DNA of 46,729 bases from an uncultured bacterium (GTDB taxonomy: Bacteria > CAYUVA01), in assembly GCA_964448115.1 (NCBI GenBank), contig CAYUVA010000038.1, positions 1 to 46,729 of the forward strand, given 5' to 3'. Below, in pieces: positions 1-10,279 of the stretch. The notes under the pieces were generated by a model. That model saw nothing but the letters and a program-made list of their open reading frames with translations. It had not been told where the DNA came from and did no database searches. The position numbers and the translations under genes are program-made. The stretch's first letter is position 1. The number at the start of each line of letters is the position of its first letter.

Positions 1-1574
1 CCTGCGTAATCGCTATGCAAGACCGCCTTAAAGCGAACATCATCGCCCGGTGATGAAAAGCGATGCTCCACGCCTGGGGTAAGAAGATCCCAGCTTGAAC
101 CGCCGTTATTGGTCGCATAGTACTCGATCACCGTCTCGGCTGTTGATACATGGGTTGGATCTACTGTAATAAGTCCGATGCCGGTCATGCCGTCGTTTAT
201 CTTGGTCGATTCGGCTACACGAGGTTCACTGAAGTTGATATATCGCTGCTCCAGATAGATCTCAGAGTTAATCAGCACATCGGCGCGATCATCTGACCAG
301 ACGATATCGATATTGCCGTTATTCATCCCGGCAATGGATGGCCACTCGCTCGCAGAACTGGGGGAATTGGTTATCCTCTCGGTGCTGCCGAGCTGAACCC
401 CGTAGGGATCGATGATCGCGTAATATACCTCGTTCTTGCTCGACTGGCTGTTATCATGCCAGGTAATAAAGGATAAGCCCTCTGAGTTTGTATAGATCCT
501 TGGACCCTCTGCTGTGGCAGATGCGCTGTCGGTAATCGAAATCGGTCCCCAGAGAACATCTCCATCCATGTCGGTCTTGAACATGTTGATCTCATAGTTG
601 ACTGGCGCTCCGTAGTTATCCATATAAACGATATAGCAGTTCTTCTCTGCATCGATACCTATATCCGGCCGGTCAGTGGTATATGTTGAGGTATAGGAGG
701 TCAAATCCTTCTTGGTGCCGGGGACGACCTGGCCGTCTGCGTCAGCTCGACAGAACCAGAGATTAAAGCGTCCATGCTGGTATTTGTCGATCCATGCGAT
801 GTAAGAATTACCATCGGCATCCACCTTAAACCTGGCGTTTTTGGAGTAATCGTCCTGGCTAGAGATGTTCAACTCGGTCTTGCCAGGAATTGGATTGCCC
901 GAAGAATCATACTTTGACCAAAAGATCTCTCGATTGGAGGTGCCTAGTCGGGAGTCAGTCCAGATTATGTAGATGTTCCCCGATGAATCAAGCTCTATGT
1001 CCGGTGCGAAGGAGGTGCCACTGGCATTGCTCACCCGGATCATATCCCAGGGCATGCTGCCATCCGAGGCCACCTTGCGTAGGTAGATCTCAGTTGCACT
1101 ATATCCAAATCGGGCATCGGACCAGGCAATATAGCTATTTCCGGATGCATCTACGGCTATAGCAGGCTCGAATGAATAGGGGGTTGATTCACTATCTTCA
1201 TGCAAAGAAACATTGAAATCCCCCAGCAGCTTGTTACCCGCTGAATCGAGCTTTGCCCAGTATATGTTGCTCTCGTAGTCATAACCTACCGTCTTTCTGT
1301 AATCCTCCCAGGCGATGTACATGTTACCTGAGGCATCCAAGCCGATATCGGGATCATAAGAGTGATTTAGTGCTCGAGTTACATTGTAATCGTTGACATT
1401 AGTCCCTGTGGCATAAGGAAGGTTACAGGTGCCATCGGTTCCCCAATCCGCGGTGGTTGAACCAGACCGGTAATTCGTGGTGCTGAAGTCCTCGCTAAAG
1501 TCCACACCGCTGGCAGCGACAACGAATGATACCAATATTGCAAGTACCATCGTTAAGAAAGTTCGATTTGACAT
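1..1574 (-). CDS. Secreted 7-bladed beta-propeller repeat protein (C-terminus truncated by the window edge)
   Basis: Translated by hand: ATG at 1574 with an AAGGGG SD. MSNRTFLTMVLAILVSFVVAASG is a signal peptide, followed by seven repeats of the type PxIxxDxxGNxYIxWxD...EIYxxKxDxxG. The frame stays open to base 1. Absent from the ORF track because the stop lies outside the window. Confidence 0.85.
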   Translation of the reverse strand, partial: MSNRTFLTMVLAILVSFVVAASGVDFSEDFSTTNYRSGSTTADWGTDGTCNLPYATGTNVNDYNVTRALNHSYDPDIGLDASGNMYIAWEDYRKTVGYDYESNIYWAKLDSAGNKLLGDFNVSLHEDSESTPYSFEPAIAVDASGNSYIAWSDARFGYSATEIYLRKVASDGSMPWDMIRVSNASGTSFAPDIELDSSGNIYIIWTDSRLGTSNREIFWSKYDSSGNPIPGKTELNISSQDDYSKNARFKVDADGNSYIAWIDKYQHGRFNLWFCRADADGQVVPGTKKDLTSYTSTYTTDRPDIGIDAEKNCYIVYMDNYGAPVNYEINMFKTDMDGDVLWGPISITDSASATAEGPRIYTNSEGLSFITWHDNSQSSKNEVYYAIIDPYGVQLGSTERITNSPSSASEWPSIAGMNNGNIDIVWSDDRADVLINSEIYLEQRYINFSEPRVAESTKINDGMTGIGLITVDPTHVSTAETVIEYYATNNGGSSWDLLTPGVEHRFSSPGDDVRFKAVLHSDYA

Positions 1575-1835
1575 ATCTATTCCCCTTAGTTTCTGCTTAT
1601 TATATTCTCATCATTTCTCTCAGTAGTATGCACCATATCATACTTTAAGCAAATATTATACCACTGTGAACCTTAAGTACCTTCTCTCAGAAAAAAAGTT
1701 TTTTCTTTCAGCAGATTTCATTTCGGTAGTTTACTAGTCCAATTCTATCATAACCCATCTCCAATGCAAGTTTAGATTAAAAATACTTCCAGAAGAAAAA
1801 GGATTTGCTTCTTAAAGATTTATTGACAATTTCTG

Positions 1836-4370
1836 TCATCGGTCTTGGCTTTCGGCAAGCTCCGCTTTTAACTTCTGAAGGGTTTGCTGATAATTTTTCC
1901 GATTTCGTGAGTCGCCATCTAGTTGTATCAACCGCTCAAGTATCTTAACCGCCTTGTTATATTGCTTGGTTTGATTGATATACAAGATAGCCAGATTTTT
2001 CAATGCTCGCAAGTAGTCATTTCTTATCCTCAAAGCCTCCAAGAAGTGATCCTCAGCAAGGTCATAACTCCCCTCTTTCTGGTAGATGGAGCCGATGTTA
2101 TTGTGTATCCTGGCATAAACATCCTCGTTTTTCTCAAAGATATAGAGCGCCTCCTTATTCCTGACTCGATAGCGGATCTTGTAAAAATAAAGGTTAGGGA
2201 CATCCTCAAACTCAAAGATAAACATGGGCTTTTCAGGATCATACTCCATCCTGAAACCAGATGGTGGATTATCGATCTTGAATTCATTCTCGCTTAAAGG
2301 ATCGTATCGAACCACTCCCCATTCACTGAAAGGTGTTAGCTGTCGCCCCTGCTTGTCAAAGGCGGCAACGCTGAGCCACACCGTGCCTAGTATCTTGAGG
2401 TGATTGATGTCTGCTGGGCTGAATACTATGGTATTTTTCATCCTCAGGGCATACTTGAACTCATCGAGAGCCTTTTCATAGTCCTTCAGGTGGAAATACA
2501 ACACCCCAAGATTGTTATGCGCATCCGGACTGTAGGGATCGAATTCAAGTGCTTTTTTTGCCACTTCGAGCGCCTTTTCATATTGACCGAGCTTCTCATA
2601 GACCACGATCAGGTTGTTTTGCGCCGAGATAAACCTGGGATCAATGGATAGTGCCTCCCGGTAGGAAACAATCGCCTTGGAGTATTGACCTTTTTTCTCG
2701 TAGATAACACCCCTATTGAACAGGGCGTTGCGATAGTTGGGGTGATACCTGAGTGCTTCATTGGTCTCCCTGAGAGCCTGGTCGTACTTGCCCTGCATCC
2801 CGTAGCAATAAGCGAGGAAATAGTGCGTCTGGTAGGTGAAGGGATAGAGCCTGAGCGCTTTTTCATAGTACTTCTCCGCGCCAAGCCATTGCCTGTGTTT
2901 TTCATTGACCTTACCCAACTGAACATAGCGATCGCCAACCAGCATCATGAAAAAATAAAATGGCACACCTGCAATCATAAGGATCCCTACCGCCTTGAAT
3001 AAGATCTGCCTTGCCGATCTATTCTCAGAGGTAGATGGTTTACCTCTTACAGGTCTTTTATTTTGTAGAATAACCTGTTCTGTTGGGCGATAGATGAGAC
3101 GAAACATGATTGCACTGCTAAACCAAAAGTAGATGCTAGAGGCAGGGTTGAGCAAGTTAGCAGAGAAAAAAGCATGAACCAGGCTTGCTATCCAACCGAA
3201 TACCAGAGGCGGAAGATACTTGTGCTCGAAACCTGGATTCCCATCATGCAGCATTCTTTGTCTTAGGTATGGGTAAAAAAGTAAAACTAAAAAAATCATG
3301 AAGGAGACCAGGGCGATTGGACCGCTTTCAGCAAGTATATTCAGATAGTGATTGTGTGCATGATTGACAAATACATGAAGTCCAGAGAAGGAAGCCTCCC
3401 TCGGATCTCGATAAGGCGGGTATGCCTCCTTGAAGTTGCCTAATCCTACGCCGAGGATCGGATGGTCAGCCACCATCGAAAGCGTGCTCTTCCATGCCAG
3501 GAGCCTGAACATATTCGTGCCGCTGCTGGTGTCGAAGATGCTCTTGAAGCGAGCTATTACCGTTCCCCTTAGACCGATAACCGCAACCAGGAATATGATC
3601 GCTGTGCTTGCCAATACCTCCTTGCTTTTTATGATCTTAAGCAAAGGTAAGCGCTCTTTGGCTATGCGCACCAGGTAAATCAGGATGAATAGAACAATCG
3701 CCGCCAGCACTCCCAACCAGGCACCGCGACAGTTGGTTAGCAGAATATGTATAAAGGTCAATATGGCACTAATGATGCTTATAACTCGAAAGACAGTGAT
3801 TTGCTCTCTATATGCCATAAATATCGAGATTGGCACGAAGAATAGAAGCACTTGAGCAGAGAAGTTGCGGTGTCCTAGGGTGCTTACCGGGTCGAAGATC
3901 CCCTCGATACGAAACGGCTCTACCTCCATAACCTGAAGTATTCCCCATGCTGCAACAATCAACCCGGAAACGACCATGCATCTCAGGATGATCGCCATTT
4001 TACGCTCCGAGTCTATGCATTTGCTAGCCAAGGATATCAACAAGAGATTGCCGATGATGATAATCGCCTGGTGCAGGCTGTTGAACGGATTGGGCGCCTT
4101 AATAGTCGAGATGATGGATATGGCGGAGTAAGCAAGATACCACTTTATCACCCTGTGCTTGAAAAAATTCAGATCAATCTGTTGAGGAGAATTATAAAAA
4201 AGAAAACCGAACATGATGTAAATTAGCGAATAAGCTAACGCTTCCTTGACCAGATTGTAGCTATTGAAAAACTTTGTTGAGTAAATCAGAGGAACGACCA
4301 GGAGAATCAAAGCTACTAGGTGCCAGATCTGGAGCTTGATGCCTTGGCGATTACCTTTCTTCGACCTCAT
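1836..4370 (-). CDS. O-antigen ligase (Wzy_C)/O-oligosaccharyltransferase-like membrane protein fused to C-terminal TPRs
   Basis: About 12 hydrophobic segments and family motifs STLGHRNF, TNCRGAWLG, RLLAW..., HPILGVGLGNF, HAHNHYLNILAESG, followed by multiple TPRs (AHNNLG, YEKAL). ATG at 4370 preferred over the non-ATG start at 4403. Confidence 0.85.
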   Translation of the reverse strand: MRSKKGNRQGIKLQIWHLVALILLVVPLIYSTKFFNSYNLVKEALAYSLIYIMFGFLFYNSPQQIDLNFFKHRVIKWYLAYSAISIISTIKAPNPFNSLHQAIIIIGNLLLISLASKCIDSERKMAIILRCMVVSGLIVAAWGILQVMEVEPFRIEGIFDPVSTLGHRNFSAQVLLFFVPISIFMAYREQITVFRVISIISAILTFIHILLTNCRGAWLGVLAAIVLFILIYLVRIAKERLPLLKIIKSKEVLASTAIIFLVAVIGLRGTVIARFKSIFDTSSGTNMFRLLAWKSTLSMVADHPILGVGLGNFKEAYPPYRDPREASFSGLHVFVNHAHNHYLNILAESGPIALVSFMIFLVLLFYPYLRQRMLHDGNPGFEHKYLPPLVFGWIASLVHAFFSANLLNPASSIYFWFSSAIMFRLIYRPTEQVILQNKRPVRGKPSTSENRSARQILFKAVGILMIAGVPFYFFMMLVGDRYVQLGKVNEKHRQWLGAEKYYEKALRLYPFTYQTHYFLAYCYGMQGKYDQALRETNEALRYHPNYRNALFNRGVIYEKKGQYSKAIVSYREALSIDPRFISAQNNLIVVYEKLGQYEKALEVAKKALEFDPYSPDAHNNLGVLYFHLKDYEKALDEFKYALRMKNTIVFSPADINHLKILGTVWLSVAAFDKQGRQLTPFSEWGVVRYDPLSENEFKIDNPPSGFRMEYDPEKPMFIFEFEDVPNLYFYKIRYRVRNKEALYIFEKNEDVYARIHNNIGSIYQKEGSYDLAEDHFLEALRIRNDYLRALKNLAILYINQTKQYNKAVKILERLIQLDGDSRNRKNYQQTLQKLKAELAESQDR

Positions 4371-4466
4371 TGAATGCTCATTGTATATAAATAGAGAATT
4401 CAAGGCAAAGCATTGGGCAAAAAAGTCATTTTCACATACTGGCTGATCAACCGACTGGTTTAAGTG

Positions 4467-4505
4467 AAAAAAAAAGTTGAATTTTATTTTTTTATGACAT
4501 ATATT
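4467..4505 (+). promoter_or_regulatory. Putative sigma70 promoter of the mucin-like surface protein gene
   Basis: A9 tract (4467-4475), TTGAAT (4477-4482), 17 bp spacer, TATATT (4500-4505), in an AT-rich divergent intergenic region. Confidence 0.45.
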
Positions 4506-4552
4506 TAATATTAAAAAGGCATTAGTTATTCGATGTCGGCATACGACATGTA

Positions 4553-7500
4553 ATGGAGCCGGGTATGGTGGGAGTTTCGCGATCGAAGGTCATCCTTCTT
4601 CTTTTCAGCATAGCTTTGTCATTAAATAGCTTTGTCTGGGCTGGATCGCAGATATGCAAGCCGGAGCCAGCCTTTGAGAAGCTCGATCCCGAATTCGCTG
4701 CAAAGCTCAATAAAAAAACTATCCCCCCAGTGGGAACAAAGAGCGAAAAGGAGTGGGTAACCATATTCAGCGATGACTTTGAGGGGGCATTCCCAGGCAG
4801 CAATTGGGAAATTAACTCTAGCGGAGGAGCGGACTGCTACTGGGATGATCTAAGCTGTAATTATCATTTAGGCTCATGGTCTGTATGGTGTGCTGATGAG
4901 GGGACAGAGGCACCATCCAGCGATTGTAGTAACTATGTTGAAAATATGAATGCTTGGATGATCTATGGTCCTTTTAGCCTTGCCGATGCCATAGATGCTG
5001 AGATGCTCTTTTACCGCTGGCTTGATACAGAAATAGATTATGATTACTTCAAATGGCTGGCTTCTTATGATGGAACCTTTTACTACGGCTGGCAAGAATC
5101 TGGAACAGATCAATCATGGGCTTATAAGAATTTCGATTTGACAAATGTACCCGATGGCGAGGGTGGATATTTTAATCTATGTGGTGAATCCCAGGTTTGG
5201 ATCGCTTTTCTTTTTCAAAGCGATGGCTCTTACTCATACGAGGGTGCTTATGTAGATGATGTACTAATCCAAAAAAATGTTGTAGCAACAGCGACTCCGA
5301 CACCGACGCGAACTCCCACCAGAACACCAACCAATACGAGAACCCCCACTCGAACACCGACCCGAACACCAACCAAAACAGCCACCCCTACCAGGACACC
5401 GACCCGTACTCCAACCAGGACTCCAACCGCCACCTGGACATGGCATCCGACAGTAACGCCCACAGACACGCCGACCTCCACACCATCGATGATCCCGACC
5501 GCCACCGCCACCTCCACTATTAGTCCCACACCAACCTCGACCTGGACACCGACCGATACGCCCTGCTCCGAGGTGGATATTTACGAGGATGCACCATTCT
5601 GGGATGACACCCAATACGGCACCGCCTTCGAGCTGCGCAGCTACCAGCCCAAGACCTTGCACTACTTCTGCGAGTTCTACGACGATGACTGGTCGTATTT
5701 CATCGCCCAGCCACACAACACCTACATAATCTTGACCGGAGACCTAGGCGTTGATGCCGACACAGCACTGTATCTTTATGATCAGAGTGTACTGCTGGCA
5801 GAGAGCGATGATGTCTCCCCTGGCGACCGCTCCTCTCGCATCGAGTATGCCTTCAGCATCCCCGGACCGGAGACATATCATGTGGTCTGTCGTTCACAAC
5901 ACGGTGGCTGGGGACATGACAGCAATTATACCATAAGAATGTATCATCTTACTGCCACTCCGACAGGCACCGCGACGCACACTCCAACGGTAACGCCGAG
6001 CAATACGCCTACCCATACAGCGACCCTTACCCCGACCTTGACCCCCTCAAAGACGCCGACCAACACATACACTCATACCCCAAGTGCAACTCCGACAAAC
6101 ACTGCCACCGCATTCTCCACCAGCACGCCGACCAATACTGCAAGCTCTACTCCATCCTCTACTCCCACCGGCACCATTTTACCAACCTCCACGGCGACCT
6201 ACACACCAACTCAAACACCGACCAGAACTCCCACTGACACACCCAGCCTGACCCCGACCTCGACCCCTTCGCAGACACCTACATATACACCTAGCTCGAC
6301 ACCCAGCGCGACCCCCACAAATACAGTTACCCCATCCCATACGCCGAGTTTAACCCCCAGCTCTACCCCTTCGAGCACACCGAGCTACACGCCGACTGGA
6401 ACACCCTCCTCAACACCAAGCACAACTCCAACGAGCACCAACACGCCGACCAACTCTCCCACCACAACCCCAAGCAACACTCCAACAAGAACACCATCCG
6501 AGACCCCGACCCGCACGCCTACCCACACTCCCACCCATAGTCCCAGCTTAACCCCCACCAATACCATGACATTGACGCCGACCAATACACCGACTCCCAC
6601 CTTCACACCCTCGATGACTCCCACCAATACCCCATGCTGGTTCGATGATCCCTGGGAATATGGATTAGGTAATGACAACCCTGCCAATGCAACCTTCATC
6701 GGTAGCGACGGCTTGCCTTTGGAGGAACTATTCTGTTCCATGGATGATGTTGACTGGCATAGATTCTGGGCTGAGCCGACCTTCCTTTACATCATGTACA
6801 CCGATCGCCTAAGTCCAGGGGTAAGGACCGCATTGACTTTATATGATAAAAACCAATACACGGTCCTGAAATATGCGCCTCCGACTCCGGATACCGGTGC
6901 TGCATGGTGCGAGTACAGCTTTGATGAGCAAGGCTTGTATTATTTTGTTATCGAGCCGCAGGCGAGCGTTGTGGGGCATAACTCCGATTATAACATCCAG
7001 GTCATCATGCAGTCGCATACGCCGACCAACACGCCGACTGTAACGCCGACTATGACTCCGAGCCAAACCCCGACCGCCACCGCTTCGAGCACACCATCGA
7101 TGACGCCGACCAGCACCGCCACCGACCTGCCGACTAACACCAACACCCCAACAGCCACCTGGACGAATATGCCCTCCACCACCCCGACCAATACGGCAAC
7201 CAGTTCCCCGACCATGACTCCGACAGCGACCAGTACTCCGAGCACGACTCCCAGCTCAACCCCGACCAGTACCGATACGAGCACGCCCTCAAGTACCCCA
7301 ACGCGCACGCCCACCGGTACCGCCAGCCATACTCCGACCAGGTCGCCATCGAATACGCCGACCACAACCCCCACCGAGACGCCGACTGTAACCCCTACAT
7401 TTACATCAACCCCATCAACCACGCCATCTATGACTCCGAGTCATACGCCAACCTCGTCACCGAGCGCAACCGCCACTCCTTCGAGCACGCCAAGCGCTAC

Positions 7501-9169
7501 GCCAAGCCAGACGCCGACTGCAACCGCTTCACCAACCGCTTCCCCGACCGCAACCGCTACAGATCTACCGACCACAACCCCGACTGGGACGGCAAGCTCC
7601 ACTCCCAGCGCCACACCGACCAATACTCCAACTGCCACGGATACGAACATGCCGACATACACGCCCAGCAATACACCAAGCCTTACTCCGAGCAGCACGC
7701 CGTCTCTAACCCCGACTAACACGGAGACCCAGACCCCGACCGCCACTGAAACAGCCACTCCAAGCGCCACGGTTACAGATACACCGACCACTACCCCAAG
7801 CGCTACCGCTACTCCAAGCACCTCGCCGACCTTAACCCCATCAATGACTCCCAGCCTGACTCCGAGCCTGACGCCAAGCAACACACCGACTCTGACGCCA
7901 AGCAATACACCCACTGCCACTTACACAGTCGCGGCGCCACCGATGATATTCGAGGAGCCTGCATACACGGCGGGGAGCTGCAACACTATACAATGGGAGG
8001 ACCTGGGTGCCTATAATGCCGATGCCTATTACTGCGAGGTCAGCGATAGGGCGGACTTTAACCATGCGCTGGCTAATTCAGGGTGGATAGCGGAGACGAA
8101 CTTTACCTTCTGCGACCTCGTTCACTGCGTGCAATATTACTATCGGGTCAAGTTCAGGGATATCTGGCAGACGCAGAGCGATTGGTCAGATGCCGCCGCC
8201 TCCACCCAGGATGATGTCTCACCCCAGACCTTGGTAGATACTAATGTTACTTTATGGCGTTACGAGGTGATCGATCTCAATATTGCGGTTATCGAGGATT
8301 GTTCAGGAATTAGTGATCTAAGGCTATATTACAGATATCAACCAGGAGATTGGGAATTTCTGCCAGTTGAGATATCAACACAGAAGATCACCTTTGATAT
8401 CAATCAGATCTTTGGTTGGGGTAGCTATGAATTCTATAGCCTAGGCGTCGATCTGGCCGGCAATGAGGAGCAGGCTCCCGCAATCCCGGATGCCTCGATC
8501 TTGTTCATGCCGCCGGACACTGCGACCCCGACCGCCACACCGAGCACCACGCCGACTGTTACGCCAACGCTCACTCCGAGTCCAACCGAGACCGGCACGC
8601 CATCATCTACCCCAAGCGCCACTGTAACAACTACTCCCACCGGCACTGCCACCGAGACGCCGACCACAACGCCATCCGATACTCCGACACAAAGCCCGAC
8701 TCCATCAATGACGCCTAGCCCCACCATTATTCCAAGCATGACGCCGACCAGCACCTATACAGCCTATCCGACCCTGTCCCCGACCAATACTCCGACGCTT
8801 ACGCCAACAAAAACATCCACCTTTACTCCTACTTTCAGCCCGACCGGTACGCCATACTCGCCACCGATTATCCTGGTAGGGGGCTATATGGATACAAGCA
8901 TCACATACGCTGATGGTGGGGAATTCAACCTGCTTATCGCGGCTAGCGATCCCAATCCTCTGCCGATCAACTTCGTGGAGGTGTATATAGAGGGCGTTTC
9001 CACTGGATTCTATCTCCCTGTACTGGATTCGATGAACAACCTGTTCGGTTTCATCGATTTCCCCGCTGAACCGGGCATAAAAAGCGACCTTTACCTCCTT
9101 GAGTATGCTGCTATAAGCTCTGCAGGGTTGAAAAGCTCCTTGTTCCCTTATCTCACCGTCGAGCAATAG
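4553..9169 (+). CDS. Large secreted Thr/Pro/Ser-rich (mucin-like) modular surface protein: MAM/jelly-roll-like domain, two PPC-like domains, FN3/Ig-like domains, distinct C-terminal domain
   Basis: Signal peptide ...[15 protein letters not shown]...GAYVDDV jelly-roll-like domain. Two homologous PC...DDxDW...TALxLYD...GHxSxYxI domains. YYYRVK FN3-like segment. Several hundred residues of TPT/TPS repeats between domains. Confidence 0.85.
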   Translation: MEPGMVGVSRSKVILLLFSIALSLNSFVWAGSQICKPEPAFEKLDPEFAAKLNKKTIPPVGTKSEKEWVTIFSDDFEGAFPGSNWEINSSGGADCYWDDLSCNYHLGSWSVWCADEGTEAPSSDCSNYVENMNAWMIYGPFSLADAIDAEMLFYRWLDTEIDYDYFKWLASYDGTFYYGWQESGTDQSWAYKNFDLTNVPDGEGGYFNLCGESQVWIAFLFQSDGSYSYEGAYVDDVLIQKNVVATATPTPTRTPTRTPTNTRTPTRTPTRTPTKTATPTRTPTRTPTRTPTATWTWHPTVTPTDTPTSTPSMIPTATATSTISPTPTSTWTPTDTPCSEVDIYEDAPFWDDTQYGTAFELRSYQPKTLHYFCEFYDDDWSYFIAQPHNTYIILTGDLGVDADTALYLYDQSVLLAESDDVSPGDRSSRIEYAFSIPGPETYHVVCRSQHGGWGHDSNYTIRMYHLTATPTGTATHTPTVTPSNTPTHTATLTPTLTPSKTPTNTYTHTPSATPTNTATAFSTSTPTNTASSTPSSTPTGTILPTSTATYTPTQTPTRTPTDTPSLTPTSTPSQTPTYTPSSTPSATPTNTVTPSHTPSLTPSSTPSSTPSYTPTGTPSSTPSTTPTSTNTPTNSPTTTPSNTPTRTPSETPTRTPTHTPTHSPSLTPTNTMTLTPTNTPTPTFTPSMTPTNTPCWFDDPWEYGLGNDNPANATFIGSDGLPLEELFCSMDDVDWHRFWAEPTFLYIMYTDRLSPGVRTALTLYDKNQYTVLKYAPPTPDTGAAWCEYSFDEQGLYYFVIEPQASVVGHNSDYNIQVIMQSHTPTNTPTVTPTMTPSQTPTATASSTPSMTPTSTATDLPTNTNTPTATWTNMPSTTPTNTATSSPTMTPTATSTPSTTPSSTPTSTDTSTPSSTPTRTPTGTASHTPTRSPSNTPTTTPTETPTVTPTFTSTPSTTPSMTPSHTPTSSPSATATPSSTPSATPSQTPTATASPTASPTATATDLPTTTPTGTASSTPSATPTNTPTATDTNMPTYTPSNTPSLTPSSTPSLTPTNTETQTPTATETATPSATVTDTPTTTPSATATPSTSPTLTPSMTPSLTPSLTPSNTPTLTPSNTPTATYTVAAPPMIFEEPAYTAGSCNTIQWEDLGAYNADAYYCEVSDRADFNHALANSGWIAETNFTFCDLVHCVQYYYRVKFRDIWQTQSDWSDAAASTQDDVSPQTLVDTNVTLWRYEVIDLNIAVIEDCSGISDLRLYYRYQPGDWEFLPVEISTQKITFDINQIFGWGSYEFYSLGVDLAGNEEQAPAIPDASILFMPPDTATPTATPSTTPTVTPTLTPSPTETGTPSSTPSATVTTTPTGTATETPTTTPSDTPTQSPTPSMTPSPTIIPSMTPTSTYTAYPTLSPTNTPTLTPTKTSTFTPTFSPTGTPYSPPIILVGGYMDTSITYADGGEFNLLIAASDPNPLPINFVEVYIEGVSTGFYLPVLDSMNNLFGFIDFPAEPGIKSDLYLLEYAAISSAGLKSSLFPYLTVEQ

Positions 9170-9295
9170 TTCAAGAGACTCACAAGGCTTGAACCATATC
9201 TATTTCATAAGGCAGAGGAATCTAAGGATTTGAATGACAGGCGATCATCAAATAAGATAGCCAGGTCATTGCACTGTTGAAAGCTCAAGGTTGAC

Positions 9296-10279
9296 ATGGA
9301 AGCATCCAGGCCTTTTCAAAGCATTACCGAAAAAAGGATACTCATCACGGGGGGCGGCGGTTTTATCGGTTGCCATCTGGTCCGTTTCCTGTCCGAAAAA
9401 TGCCGGTCTTTGCATGTTATAGATCGCAGCGAGCCGATCGATCCCAAAGTGCATGAGCTTTATTCTCAAGGTAAGATAAAATTCCACATAGCAGATCTCA
9501 ACTACAACATATTTCTTGCAACACTGCTTAGGGAGATAAAGCCAGACATGGTGATACACCTTGCAGGCTCCTATGGCAAAAGGCGAGAATTCAAGGATCT
9601 CCAATCCCTACTCAGAGATAATTATTTCTCTACTATGTCGCTTTATTCTTTGTTGCTTAAAGATCCTCCAGATCGCATAATCTATATAACCACCAGCGAT
9701 GAATACCATAATAGATCAGCGCCTTTCAGTGAACAGATGCTGGGACATCCGCTTACTTACTATGCACTCTCCAAGGCATACTCGCGGATGCTGGGGGATG
9801 TGCTTTTTCGCAATGAAGGTCTCCCGGTGGTAACCCTGGTTCTTTTCTTGGTTTATGGTCCATTCATGTCTCCGAATATGCTTATCTCTCAAGCAATAAA
9901 CTCTGCCCTCAAAGGCGAGAGCCTCAAAACAACCCCCGGCAAGCAGACCAGGGATTTACTATTCGTGGATGATGTCATCGAGGCGATCGTAACTGCTACT
10001 ACCGCCCCGGATATAGAAGGCGAAACCATAAACATAGCCTCGGGAACAGAAATCGCAGTGAGTGAATTAGTGCACCTGATATATGATCTTGCTGCTTCGA
10101 AAGCCAAGCCGGATATAGGCGCAATCCCCTACAGAAATAGCGAGAATATGAGGCACTTCGCAGATATAACAAAGGCTGCTAGACTGCTGGGCTGGAAGCC
10201 AAGGACAGGGTTGAACCAAGGGCTTAAGCGAACTATCGATTGGTTCAGGGAAACGATTAACCCTCTCAATAAACGATGA
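9296..10279 (+). CDS. NAD-dependent nucleotide-sugar epimerase/dehydratase (extended SDR)
   Basis: ITGGGGFIG Rossmann motif, YALSK catalytic YxxxK, VYGP, RDLLFVDD, LGWKP. Confidence 0.9.
   Translation: MEASRPFQSITEKRILITGGGGFIGCHLVRFLSEKCRSLHVIDRSEPIDPKVHELYSQGKIKFHIADLNYNIFLATLLREIKPDMVIHLAGSYGKRREFKDLQSLLRDNYFSTMSLYSLLLKDPPDRIIYITTSDEYHNRSAPFSEQMLGHPLTYYALSKAYSRMLGDVLFRNEGLPVVTLVLFLVYGPFMSPNMLISQAINSALKGESLKTTPGKQTRDLLFVDDVIEAIVTATTAPDIEGETINIASGTEIAVSELVHLIYDLAASKAKPDIGAIPYRNSENMRHFADITKAARLLGWKPRTGLNQGLKRTIDWFRETINPLNKR

Noticed and set aside
371-1162. Track ORFs 371-652 and 890-1162
   Set aside because: They overlap the real propeller gene (1-1574) in other frames or on the other strand.
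5172-8754. Antisense Val/Gly-rich ORFs (e.g. 5248-5529, 6385-6741, 6988-7422, 7441-7920, 8434-8754; likewise 17493-17777, 18123-18452, 20526-20834)
   Set aside because: They are shadows of Thr/Pro codons (ACN/CCN) on the coding strand, with no independent evidence of being genes.
5281-8860. PT tracts as a CRISPR array or VNTR
   Set aside because: No identical repeats with unique spacers. The periodicity is at protein level inside an ORF, and no cas genes are present.
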